A DNA stretch of 64,000 nucleotides from contig CAZJHD010000023.1 of assembly GCA_964545855.1 (NCBI GenBank), positions 2,423-66,422 of the forward strand. The letters run 5' to 3'. Positions within the stretch are counted from its first letter, which is position 1, and the number at the start of each line of letters is the position of its first letter. The notes under the pieces are model-generated. The model was not told where the DNA came from. It saw nothing but the letters and a program-made list of their open reading frames with translations, and searched no databases. Position numbers and translations under genes: made by a program. This document shows positions 44,302-52,356 of this stretch, piece after piece. This stretch comes from an uncultured Planctomycetales bacterium (lineage in GTDB: Bacteria > Planctomycetota > UBA1135 > JACQFD01).

Positions 44302-44633
44302 CGCCTGCTGCCCCGGCGCTGGGCCTCCGCGTGGCCCGCGAGCGCCGCACGGACGAGGGCGCGGCGGCCGGGCCGCAGCGGGAGCGATCCCTCGGCCCAG
44401 GCGAGCATCAGCCCCGCGCGCGTGCGCGCGAAGGCGTGGAACGAGGAGATCCTCGCCACCTTGGCGAGCGCCGCCGCCACGGTGCGGATCTCCCACTCGA
44501 GGTCGAGCCCCTCGCTCCGGAGCCGAGCGAGCGCCGCGCGCCCGTCGCCGTCGAGCGCCCGCTCGCGCCGCCGCGCCGTGCGCTCCGCCGCCACGGCGAC
44601 GGCGATCGGAACGAGGAGCGAGGGGACGATCAC
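44298..44633 (-). CDS. Hypothetical 111-aa protein
   Basis: This is the tail of track ORF 44298..49814. The GTG start overlaps the hydratase stop (GTGA) and its stop overlaps the ACAD start (ATGA). Composition is Ala/Arg-rich, so coding is not certain. Confidence 0.35.
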   Translation of the reverse strand: MIVPSLLVPIAVAVAAERTARRRERALDGDGRAALARLRSEGLDLEWEIRTVAAALAKVARISSFHAFARTRAGLMLAWAEGSLPLRPGRRALVRAALAGHAEAQRRGSRR

Positions 44634-45463
44634 GCCGAGCCGGGCCGTCGTGGCGCTCCGAAGGGGCCCGGCGCGCCGGCGAAGCGCGTCGGCCGCTTCG
44701 CCTTCCAGGCCTCGTAGGCCTCGCGGAAATCGGTGTGTCCCATGCAGATCGACTGCGCCTGGGCCTCCGCTTCGATCGCCGTGGAGACGTCCATCGTGGA
44801 CTCCCGCTCCAGCATCTCCTTCGTGACGGAGAGCCCCAGGGCAGGACCGCAGGCGAGGTCGTGCGCGTAGTCGGCGACGCGCTCGCGGAACTCCGCGTCG
44901 GGCCAGACGCGGTTCGCGAGCCCGATCCGCAGGCACTCTTCGGCCGAGAGGAACTCCCCGCGCATCAGGATCTCCGCGGCGCGGCCGAGGCCGACGACGC
45001 GCGGCAGGAGCTGGCACGCCCCCATGTCGGCTCCCGACAGGCCGACCTTCACGAAGAGGAACGCCAGCTTCGCCGAGGCCGAGAGGAGCCGCAGGTCGCT
45101 CGCGAGGGCGAGCATCGCGCCCGCGCCGCAGCAGGTGCCGTGGACGGCGGCGATCACCGGCTTGCGCAGGCGGCGCAGGTTCTCGACGACGGCGCCGGTG
45201 ATCCGCGTGAACTCGAGCAGCCCGGCGGCGTCGCGCGCGAAGAGCTGCCCGATGATGTCCTCGACGTCGCCGCCGGAGCAGAAGCCGCGGCCCTCCCCGG
45301 CGAGCACGACCACGCGCGCAGCCTCGCGCTCCGAGAGGGTCGGCACGAAGTCCCGCAGCTCCCGGTAGATCTCGAAGGTGAGCGCGTTCAAGCGATCGGG
45401 GCGATCGAGCGTGATCGTGCCGACGCCACCCGCTTCGACGTATCGGAAGGTCTTCGGGCTCAT
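44630..45463 (-). CDS. Enoyl-CoA hydratase/isomerase (crotonase) family protein
   Basis: Family strings are ITLDRPDRLNAL, GFCSGGDV and KPVIAAVHGTCCGAG. Confidence 0.85.
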   Translation of the reverse strand: MSPKTFRYVEAGGVGTITLDRPDRLNALTFEIYRELRDFVPTLSEREAARVVVLAGEGRGFCSGGDVEDIIGQLFARDAAGLLEFTRITGAVVENLRRLRKPVIAAVHGTCCGAGAMLALASDLRLLSASAKLAFLFVKVGLSGADMGACQLLPRVVGLGRAAEILMRGEFLSAEECLRIGLANRVWPDAEFRERVADYAHDLACGPALGLSVTKEMLERESTMDVSTAIEAEAQAQSICMGHTDFREAYEAWKAKRPTRFAGAPGPFGAPRRPGSA

Positions 45464-45496
45464 GGAACGCTCTCGCCCCGTCGGATGCGGCGCTCC

Positions 45497-47437
45497 CTAC
45501 GCGCCGTTGTCGTCGGTCACGCTGAGGTACGTGTAGCTGTTGAGCCCGTCCTCGTAGCGCTGCATGAGCCGACCCGACTCGTCCATCGTGATGCTCTTCG
45601 AGCGCAGGGCCGCCTCGACGGCACGCCGGACGCGACGGATGAGATCGTTCTTGTCGTACTCCATGTACTCGAGCACGGCGGACACCGTGTCTCCCTCCAC
45701 GGCGTGCTCCACGACGTAGCCGCCCTCGTCGATCTTCACGTGCACCGCGTCGGTGTCGGCGAAGAGGTTGTGCAGGTCGCCCAGCACCTCCTGGTACGCA
45801 CCGACGAGGAAGAGCGCGATGTAGTAGGGCTTGCCGGGCTCGATGTTGTGCACCTCGAGCGCGTGCTTCACGTCGCGGAGGTCGATGAACTCGTCCATCT
45901 TCCCGTCGCTGTCGCAGGTGAGGTCGGCGAGGATCGCCCGCCGCGACGGCCGCTCGCCGAGCCGCTGGATCGGCACGCAGGGGAAGAGCTGCTTCACGGC
46001 CCAGTGATCGGGCGCCGACTGGAAGAGCGAGAAGTTGCAGTAGTAGGTGTCCGAGAGGGACTTCTGCAGGCCCTCCAGCTCCTCCGGCACGTACTCGAGC
46101 TCCTTGATGACCTTCAGGATCCGCTCGCAGATCGCCCAGAAGAGCTGCTCGACGCGGGCTCGCTCCAGGAGATTCAGCACGCCGAGGTTGAATCCGAGGA
46201 TCGCCTCCTCCTTCACGCCGAGGGCATCGTTGTAGGACTCCTGGACGTTCTTGCGGCTGATGCCCTGGTAGACCTCGTCGAGCTTGCGGAGGATCGCGTG
46301 GTCCGACTCGACCACCGGCTGGGGCGACCGGTTGTTCAGCAGCTCGTTCGTGCCGAGGACGTTGAAGACGAGCACCGAGTGGTGCGCCGTGAGCGCACGG
46401 CCCGACTCGGTGACGATGTCGGGATGGGGCATCCCGGTCTCGCGGCACGCCTCCGACACGGCGGACACGACGTCGGCGGCGTACTCCCGAAGGCTGTAGT
46501 TCATCGACGAGTGGAAGTTCGTCGAGCTGCCGTCGTAGTCGACGCCGAGACCGCCGCCGGCGTCGAGGTAGCGCATCTTGGCGCCCATCGCGTGGAGCTC
46601 CGTGAGGATGCGGCACGCTTCCCGCAGCGCGTCCTTGATGGCGCGGATCGCCGTGATCTGGCTCCCGATGTGGAAGTGAAGGAGCTCGAGGCAGTCGAGC
46701 ATGTCCTCGGCGCGCAGGCACTCGACCACGTCGACGATCTCCGACGTCGTGAGGCCGAACTTCGAGCGGTCTCCCGTCGACTCGACCCACTTCCCGGCTC
46801 CCTTCGTCGTGAGACGAGCGCGCACGCCGATGTGCGGCCGGATGCCGAGTTCGCGCGACACCTGGACGATCGTCTGCAGCTCCTGGAAGCGGTCGACGAC
46901 GATGACGGTCCTGCGGCCGAGCTTCTGGCTCAGCAGCGCCGTCTCGATGTACGCACGGTCCTTGTAGCCGTTGCAGACGACGAGAGCCTCCGGGTCGTCG
47001 AGGAGCGCGAGCGCGACGAGCAGCTCCGGCTTGCTCCCCGCCTCGAGGCCGAGGTGGTAGGGGCGTCCGTAGGTCACCAGCTCCTCCACGACGTGGCGCT
47101 GCTGATTGACCTTGATCGGGTAGACGCCTCGGTAGTTGCCCTGGAAATCGGCCTCGCGAATCGCCGTGTGGAAGGCGCCGCAGAGCTCGTCGACGCGCGC
47201 CTTCAGGATGTCCGAGAAACGGATGAGCAGGGGCGGGCTGAAGCCGCGCCGCCGGAGGTCGTCCACGAGCTCGTGAAGATCGATCGAGTGGTCGTCGGTG
47301 CCATCGGGCCGGACGACGACGTGCCCCGCCTCGTTCACCGAGAAGTAGGGCGCGCCCCACGAGTGGATGTTGTAGAGGTCGACCGCGTCTCGCACGGTCC
47401 AACCGCGAGTCGTGTCTCGGACGTCTGCGTTGGCCAT
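45497..47437 (-). CDS. speA: Biosynthetic arginine decarboxylase
   Basis: DLYNIHSWGAPYFSVNEAGHVVVRP parallels E. coli SpeA ([23 protein letters not shown]). YPIKVNQQRHVVEEL, HFHIGSQ and DAGGGLGVDY are present. ATG 47437 is preceded by GGAGG. The ORF stays open to ATG 47827, an alternative start. Confidence 0.9.
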   Translation of the reverse strand: MANADVRDTTRGWTVRDAVDLYNIHSWGAPYFSVNEAGHVVVRPDGTDDHSIDLHELVDDLRRRGFSPPLLIRFSDILKARVDELCGAFHTAIREADFQGNYRGVYPIKVNQQRHVVEELVTYGRPYHLGLEAGSKPELLVALALLDDPEALVVCNGYKDRAYIETALLSQKLGRRTVIVVDRFQELQTIVQVSRELGIRPHIGVRARLTTKGAGKWVESTGDRSKFGLTTSEIVDVVECLRAEDMLDCLELLHFHIGSQITAIRAIKDALREACRILTELHAMGAKMRYLDAGGGLGVDYDGSSTNFHSSMNYSLREYAADVVSAVSEACRETGMPHPDIVTESGRALTAHHSVLVFNVLGTNELLNNRSPQPVVESDHAILRKLDEVYQGISRKNVQESYNDALGVKEEAILGFNLGVLNLLERARVEQLFWAICERILKVIKELEYVPEELEGLQKSLSDTYYCNFSLFQSAPDHWAVKQLFPCVPIQRLGERPSRRAILADLTCDSDGKMDEFIDLRDVKHALEVHNIEPGKPYYIALFLVGAYQEVLGDLHNLFADTDAVHVKIDEGGYVVEHAVEGDTVSAVLEYMEYDKNDLIRRVRRAVEAALRSKSITMDESGRLMQRYEDGLNSYTYLSVTDDNGA

Positions 47438-47483
47438 CGAGCGCGGCCTCCGACTCTTGGCGAGGAACGGATGGGTGAGGAGC

Positions 47484-47558
47484 GAAGAAGCGGAGTCGGA
47501 AGAAGCAGAGTCGGAAGAAGCAGCGTCGGAAGGAGCAGAGCGGGAAGAAACAGACTCG
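47484..47558. repeat. Five tandem 15-nt units (consensus GAAGAAGCAGAGTCG) plus a degenerate sixth
   Basis: Units read directly are gaagaagcggagtcg, gaagaagcagagtcg, gaagaagcagcgtcg, gaaggagcagagcgg and gaagaaacagactcg. Confidence 0.9.
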
Positions 47559-47951
47559 GAACGAGCCCCGTCCCCTTCGATCGCGTCGGATTCGGATGCA
47601 GGGAGCGCGGCCGGAGGAGAAGCAGCGGAGTGCGAGGATGCCACCGGCTCGCCGGCGGCGTGCGCCTCTCCCGCTTCCTTCGCCGAGCCGGGCCCGAGCG
47701 GTCGAGGCGGGTGGTTCCCCTCCGTGCTTCGCGCCGTCGAAGAGGCGCGCGACTCCCCCGGCTGCGTGCTCGGCAAGCGCGTCGATCCCCGGACGGTCCC
47801 GGTCTCGGTCTGCGGAGGTTCGCCCATCGAGGCTCCGCGACGTTACGCACTCCTCTCCTGCGCCGCAACGCCGCATGGCCCCGAAATTCTCCGCGGCGCG
47901 CCTCGCCGGCGGGTGCACGCTCCGCACGTCGAACGCCGACAACACGCGCGC

Positions 47952-49658
47952 ATGGACTCCGCACGACCGCCCAGCCGCGAGGCCGCATCGCCGAGCCCGA
48001 TCCGATCGCTCTTCCTCGGAGAGGTGAAGGGAGCGAGCCTCTTGCCCTATCCGAGCCGTCCGCGCGACGAGACGGAGTCGACGGACCAAGTGGTCGAGGC
48101 CGTGCGCGAGTTCGCGAAGGACCGGATCGACGCGCGGCGGATCGACGAGGAGGGAACGATCCCCGAGGCAGTCCTGTCGGGGCTTCGCGAGCTCGGCCTC
48201 TTCGGGATGCTCGTGCCCTCGGAGCACGGCGGTCTCGGATTCACCGCGACGACCTACTGCCGCGTCCTCGAGACACTCGCCGGGATCTGCACCTCGACGG
48301 CCGCGACCGTCGGCGCGCACCAGTCGATCGGCCTGAAGGCGATCCTCCTGCACGGGACGGAGGAGCAGAAGCGCCTCTGGCTGCCGAAGCTCGCGACGGG
48401 CGAGATGCTCGCCGCCTTCGCGCTCACGGAGCCCGGTGCCGGGAGCGACGTGCAGGCGATCGCGACCGTTGCCGATCCCCTTCCCGGCGACCGCTGGCGG
48501 CTCAACGGATCGAAGGTCTGGATCACGAACGGCGGCATCGCCTCGCTCTTCACGGTCTTCGCGAAGACTCCCGATCCGGAGCGTCCCGGAGAGCGGAAGC
48601 TCACGTGCTTCCTCGTCCCACGCGAGACCCCGGGCGTCTCGATCGGGAAGGAGGAGGACAAGATGGGGCTCCGCGGCTCCTCCACGACGGCGGTCTTCCT
48701 GGAGGACGTGGAGATCCCCGACTCCCTTCGCGTCGGCGAGACGGGCCGCGGCTTCCGGGTCGCCGTGGAAGTGCTGAACGGCGGGCGCCACGGTCTCTCC
48801 GCCGGCTGCCTCGGCCTCGGACGCGCGGCGCTCTTCGATGCGACGGCCCACGCGCGGGAGCGGGTGCAGTTCGGGAAGCCGATCGCCGAGTTCCCGCTGG
48901 TGGCCGAGATGCTCGCGAACGCGGCCGCCGACCTCCACGCGATCGAGTCCGGCTGCTACTGGGTCGCGGGACGCATGGACGAAGGTCACGCGGACGTCTC
49001 CCTCGAGTCGGCCGCGTGCAAGATCTTCGCGACGGAAGCGCTCTGGCGCATCGCGAACGACTGCCTCCAGGTGGCCGGCGGCTCGGGCTTCATGCGCGAG
49101 TTCCCGCACGAGCGCCGCGTCCGGGACGCGCGGGTGAACCTCATCTTCGAGGGCACGAACCAGATCCTCCGTCTCTTCCTCGCGCTGCAGGGGCTCCGCG
49201 GCCCGGGCGAGGAGCTGAAGGAGCTCGGCGATGCGCTGAAGCACCCGCTCACGCAGGCGCCCGTGCTCGGGCGCTTCGCCGGAAAGCGCGTCCGGCGCAC
49301 GCTCGTGAAGCGCGGCATCGAGGGGATGCCGAAGGCCCATGCCGGGGAGGCCATGCTCGCGGCCGAGAGCGCGGGCGAGCTCGCCGCGGCGGCGGAGGCC
49401 GTCGTCTGGAAGCTCGGGCGCAAGGTGATCGACGCACAGCTCACGCTCGCCCGGCTGGCCGACGCGGCGAGCCACCTCTTCCTCGTCCTCACGGTCCTCG
49501 CGCGGGGCGCCTCCGGGGGAGAAGGTGCGCTCGATGCTCCGATTCCGCGACTCGCGCTCCGTCGCCTCTACCGCGGCTTCCGGGAGGCGATCGAATCGAT
49601 CCACGCCTCGGACGAGGACCTGATCGCCGAAGCGCGCGACTCGCTGACGGGCCGCTGA
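47952..49658 (+). CDS. Acyl-CoA dehydrogenase, long form with C-terminal extension
   Basis: ATG 47952 lies within ORF 47412..49658. The N-terminal string IRSLFLGEVKGASLLPYP is typical of this subfamily. AFALTEPGAGSD, GSKVWITNGG and IFEGTNQILRLF are present. Confidence 0.85.
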   Translation: MDSARPPSREAASPSPIRSLFLGEVKGASLLPYPSRPRDETESTDQVVEAVREFAKDRIDARRIDEEGTIPEAVLSGLRELGLFGMLVPSEHGGLGFTATTYCRVLETLAGICTSTAATVGAHQSIGLKAILLHGTEEQKRLWLPKLATGEMLAAFALTEPGAGSDVQAIATVADPLPGDRWRLNGSKVWITNGGIASLFTVFAKTPDPERPGERKLTCFLVPRETPGVSIGKEEDKMGLRGSSTTAVFLEDVEIPDSLRVGETGRGFRVAVEVLNGGRHGLSAGCLGLGRAALFDATAHARERVQFGKPIAEFPLVAEMLANAAADLHAIESGCYWVAGRMDEGHADVSLESAACKIFATEALWRIANDCLQVAGGSGFMREFPHERRVRDARVNLIFEGTNQILRLFLALQGLRGPGEELKELGDALKHPLTQAPVLGRFAGKRVRRTLVKRGIEGMPKAHAGEAMLAAESAGELAAAAEAVVWKLGRKVIDAQLTLARLADAASHLFLVLTVLARGASGGEGALDAPIPRLALRRLYRGFREAIESIHASDEDLIAEARDSLTGR

Positions 49659-49795
49659 GGGCTCCCCGCGGCGGGGCAACCGCTGCGGGCGCCGCCGCCG
49701 GGCCGCGATGTGCCCGGTATACTTCGGGTGTCCACCGGAGCGACGGATGCGATCCGCCGCAGTGGGCGATTCGAGGCCGCTCCGGGAGGCGGTCC

Positions 49796-50896
49796 ATGAT
49801 TCGAATCGCCGCACACCTCCTCGCGAGCCTCGCCCTCCAATCGGGCGCTGCGCCGCCGAAGGCTCAGGAGCCGCGCGACCCTTGGATCGCGCCCTCCTCC
49901 GTGCGCGCCGTTCCCGCGGCCCTCGTCGCGGAGTCCTCGCAGTCGGCGTCCCTGCTCCCGTCGCGGCCCTGGCGCCGCTTCGATCCCTGGGCCGAGGGCA
50001 CGTCGATCGCGCGCCGGGAGCGCGCGGCGACGATCGCCACCGAGTCGATCGAGCGCGCCGCCCGCGAGGCGCCTCCCGATCGCACCCTCGGACGCGACGT
50101 GGTCGTGCGGGAGCTCGCGCGCATCCCCACGGCCCAGCCCGACGAGCAGACGCTCCGGGAGGCAGTCTCGATCGACTTCCGCTTCGATCAGCGAGCCGGA
50201 TTCGCGGAGGAGGTGGGACGCACCTTCTGGGATCGATTCTCGGCGCTGGAGCACCGGCAGATTCGCGCGGCTCTCGAGATGTCCTGGGTGCCGCCGCCCC
50301 ATCCGGAGGAGCCGGCGCGGGAGTACATCCCGATGGGCGCCTTCGAGACGACCTACCGCGACCTGCTGCTGCGGCGGCGGGCGCGGTCGCCGCTCACGGG
50401 AACGGCGACGAGCGCCTTCACGGAGACGCACATCGTGGAGCGTCTCCGCGATCAACTCGGCGACGGCCGGGACCCGGTGATCCGCGGCGCACGCACCCTG
50501 CTGGGGGAGCATTCGCAGACCGAGGGGCCGCTCGGTTTCGGCAAGGTGGGCATCCGCGGCTACGTGAACGAGTGGGACAACGCGGGCGATCTCCTCGGCC
50601 TCACCTACGAGTTCGGAGGCTTCGGTTCGCGCGTCGGAGGCGCCTCGAGCTCCGCGAGCTTCAAGACGCGCCTCGACGAGTACTTCGTCGCCGCGGGCGC
50701 CACGTTCGACTACGGGCCGGGGCGCGCGAACCCGCGCATCCAGATCACCCGGCCTCTGGGAGAAGCCTCCACGGTCCAGCTCTTCGGCGGCTACGGCGTC
50801 GACTCGTTCCTGCTGCCCGGAAACGTCCCCTACTTCGACGATCCGCGCGACGGCCGGAGCATCGGGCTGATGATCCTCTTCGACCTGAGATTCTGA
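49796..50896 (+). CDS. Hypothetical secreted protein, possibly an outer-membrane beta-barrel
   Basis: ATG 49796 is preceded by GGGAGG. The signal-like N-terminus is MIRIAAHLLASLALQSGAAP. The C-terminus ends ...GLMILFDLRF, and an aromatic terminal residue is typical of OMPs. Only the tail of track ORF 44150..50896 is taken as real. Confidence 0.55.
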   Translation: MIRIAAHLLASLALQSGAAPPKAQEPRDPWIAPSSVRAVPAALVAESSQSASLLPSRPWRRFDPWAEGTSIARRERAATIATESIERAAREAPPDRTLGRDVVVRELARIPTAQPDEQTLREAVSIDFRFDQRAGFAEEVGRTFWDRFSALEHRQIRAALEMSWVPPPHPEEPAREYIPMGAFETTYRDLLLRRRARSPLTGTATSAFTETHIVERLRDQLGDGRDPVIRGARTLLGEHSQTEGPLGFGKVGIRGYVNEWDNAGDLLGLTYEFGGFGSRVGGASSSASFKTRLDEYFVAAGATFDYGPGRANPRIQITRPLGEASTVQLFGGYGVDSFLLPGNVPYFDDPRDGRSIGLMILFDLRF

Positions 50897-50930
50897 CGCC
50901 GGCCTTCGGGTACCCTCCCGGGTCTCCCAT

Positions 50931-51045
50931 GTCGTGAGAGAATCGGCGCCGCGCGACCGCCGGGTACGAGCGGCTGCGGCGTCGTCGCTCCTCTCTCGAA
51001 CTCGCTCGGCCTCGGGCCATCGGCGGCGATTCCTCCACGACCCTC
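50931..51045. repeat. Intergenic imperfect-palindrome repeat element, copy C (short, same orientation as A)
   Basis: GTCGTGAGAGAATCGGCGCCG...GAGCGGCTGCGGCGTCGTCGCTCCTC...CTCGCTCGGCCTCGGGCCATCGGCGGCGATTCCTCCACGACCCTC. The termini are mutually reverse-complementary and match copy A with a few mismatches. Confidence 0.7.
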
Positions 51046-51090
51046 TGCTCCCATCGATCTCTCTCCATCGATTCCGCTTCGAACGAAACC

Positions 51091-52230
51091 ATGTCCTTCC
51101 GCTGGCTTCCGGCACTCGTCTTCTCCTTCGGTCTCTCGCTCACGGGCGTCTCCGCGCAGGACGGGCAGCCGGCCGCACCCATCATCCCGACGGCGCCCCT
51201 GCCCCCGCCGCCCCTGACGGAGGAGCAGCGCCTCCAGCGTCTCGGACAGCGCATCACCGCGCTCGCGACGCGCGTCGAGTCGCTGCGCCGACTCGGCGGC
51301 TTGGGTGCGACGCCCTCGGACGTGCCGGGCACCGTGCCGGCCGAGACGCTGGAAGACCTCGAGAAGCTCGTGTCGCGCCTCGCCGTCGACCTGCAGGCCC
51401 GTGCGCGCGTGATCGAGCTCGCGGCGGCCTCCCGCGCCGCGGCGGACACGACGACCGACCGCGCCTTCGCGCCGCCGACCTTCGAGGCCGCTCCCGACCG
51501 CGTGCAGCCGCGCAAGACGCCGACGTCCATCGCCGCCGAGCAGGATCCCTTCCCGGCCTTCGATCCGTCGCGGTCGAACGAGGTCCTCTTCGAGGTGGGG
51601 AGCACACCCATCGAGCGCGGTGTCCTCGAGGGAATGGTCGCGGCGCGCAAGAAGTACATGCCCGCCGTCTCCAACGCGCAGCTCGCTCAGCTCGTCCTCA
51701 GCCAGTCGCTGATCTCCATCTCGGCGGTGCTCGACCAACTGAAGGAGCAGGTGCCGAAGCGCATGGCGAACGCCGCGGAACTCCGTCGGGGGATCCTCGA
51801 GGGCAAGCTCACCTTCGAGGAGGCCGTGGAGCGCTACTCGGACGATCCGTCGACGAAGATCTTCGGCGGTCTCAGCACGGTGAATCCGCTGATCCTCTCG
51901 GACTTCGAGCGGACGGTCCTCACGTCGATGAAACCCGGAGACACGTCGCACCCGTTCCTCAGCCTCTCGGGCGTCGAGTTCGTCCGACTCGAGGAAGTGG
52001 AGGAGAACCCCGAGAACCCGTCCGCGACGATCGTGAAGTTCCGGCGCATGCTCCTCGGCTTCGACTTCGGCGTCCCGATCGAGCGCGCGCAGGGGCAGAT
52101 CGCGGCGATGGTGCGCGACGCCAAGGTGAAAGTCGTGAATCCCGACTACGCACAGTTCCTCCCGCCGAACGTTCCGCGCATCACCGCGGACGCGGCGCCG
52201 AAGGACGGCGAGAAGCCGCCGGGGAAGTAG
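51091..52230 (+). CDS. Secreted parvulin/SurA-like peptidyl-prolyl isomerase domain protein
   Basis: The signal peptide is MSFRWLPALVFSFGLSLTGVSA. The C-terminal part resembles a PpiC domain (FEEAVERYSDDPSTKIFGGLSTV...FERTVLTSMKPGDTSHPF). The N-terminal His of the parvulin core is not obvious. Confidence 0.55.
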   Translation: MSFRWLPALVFSFGLSLTGVSAQDGQPAAPIIPTAPLPPPPLTEEQRLQRLGQRITALATRVESLRRLGGLGATPSDVPGTVPAETLEDLEKLVSRLAVDLQARARVIELAAASRAAADTTTDRAFAPPTFEAAPDRVQPRKTPTSIAAEQDPFPAFDPSRSNEVLFEVGSTPIERGVLEGMVAARKKYMPAVSNAQLAQLVLSQSLISISAVLDQLKEQVPKRMANAAELRRGILEGKLTFEEAVERYSDDPSTKIFGGLSTVNPLILSDFERTVLTSMKPGDTSHPFLSLSGVEFVRLEEVEENPENPSATIVKFRRMLLGFDFGVPIERAQGQIAAMVRDAKVKVVNPDYAQFLPPNVPRITADAAPKDGEKPPGK

Positions 52231-52356
52231 CGGACGGTCAGGCAGCCGGGGGAACTCGCTCGCCCCAGGGAGATCCCGCCCGAGTGCGGACGACCGGTCG
52301 TGGGATCGTCTGCGACACGGATCTCCCGCGACGCGGAACTCCCGCGACGCAGGACG

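Noticed and set aside
47484-47558. A possible CRISPR array or other spacer-repeat structure.
   Set aside because: The units are only 15 nt and directly abutting, with no spacers. No cas genes are in the window. No other repeat-spacer periodicity was seen anywhere in the 64 kb.
49660-49680. The CCCCGC-G-GCGGGG palindrome after the acyl-CoA dehydrogenase stop, as an intrinsic terminator.
   Set aside because: The 1-nt loop is sterically implausible, the effective stem would be only 4-5 bp, and there is no U-tract.
44150-50896. A 2248-aa plus-strand ORF and the overlapping 1838-aa minus-strand ORF (44298..49814), the longest ORFs in the track.
   Set aside because: Their translations are Arg/Ala/Pro/Gly-rich with no motifs. 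They run antisense or out of frame across genes with clear family signatures (ACAD, crotonase, SpeA, second ACAD). Stop-poor alternative frames are expected at this GC content. Only their terminal segments (49796-50896 and 44298-44633) were kept.
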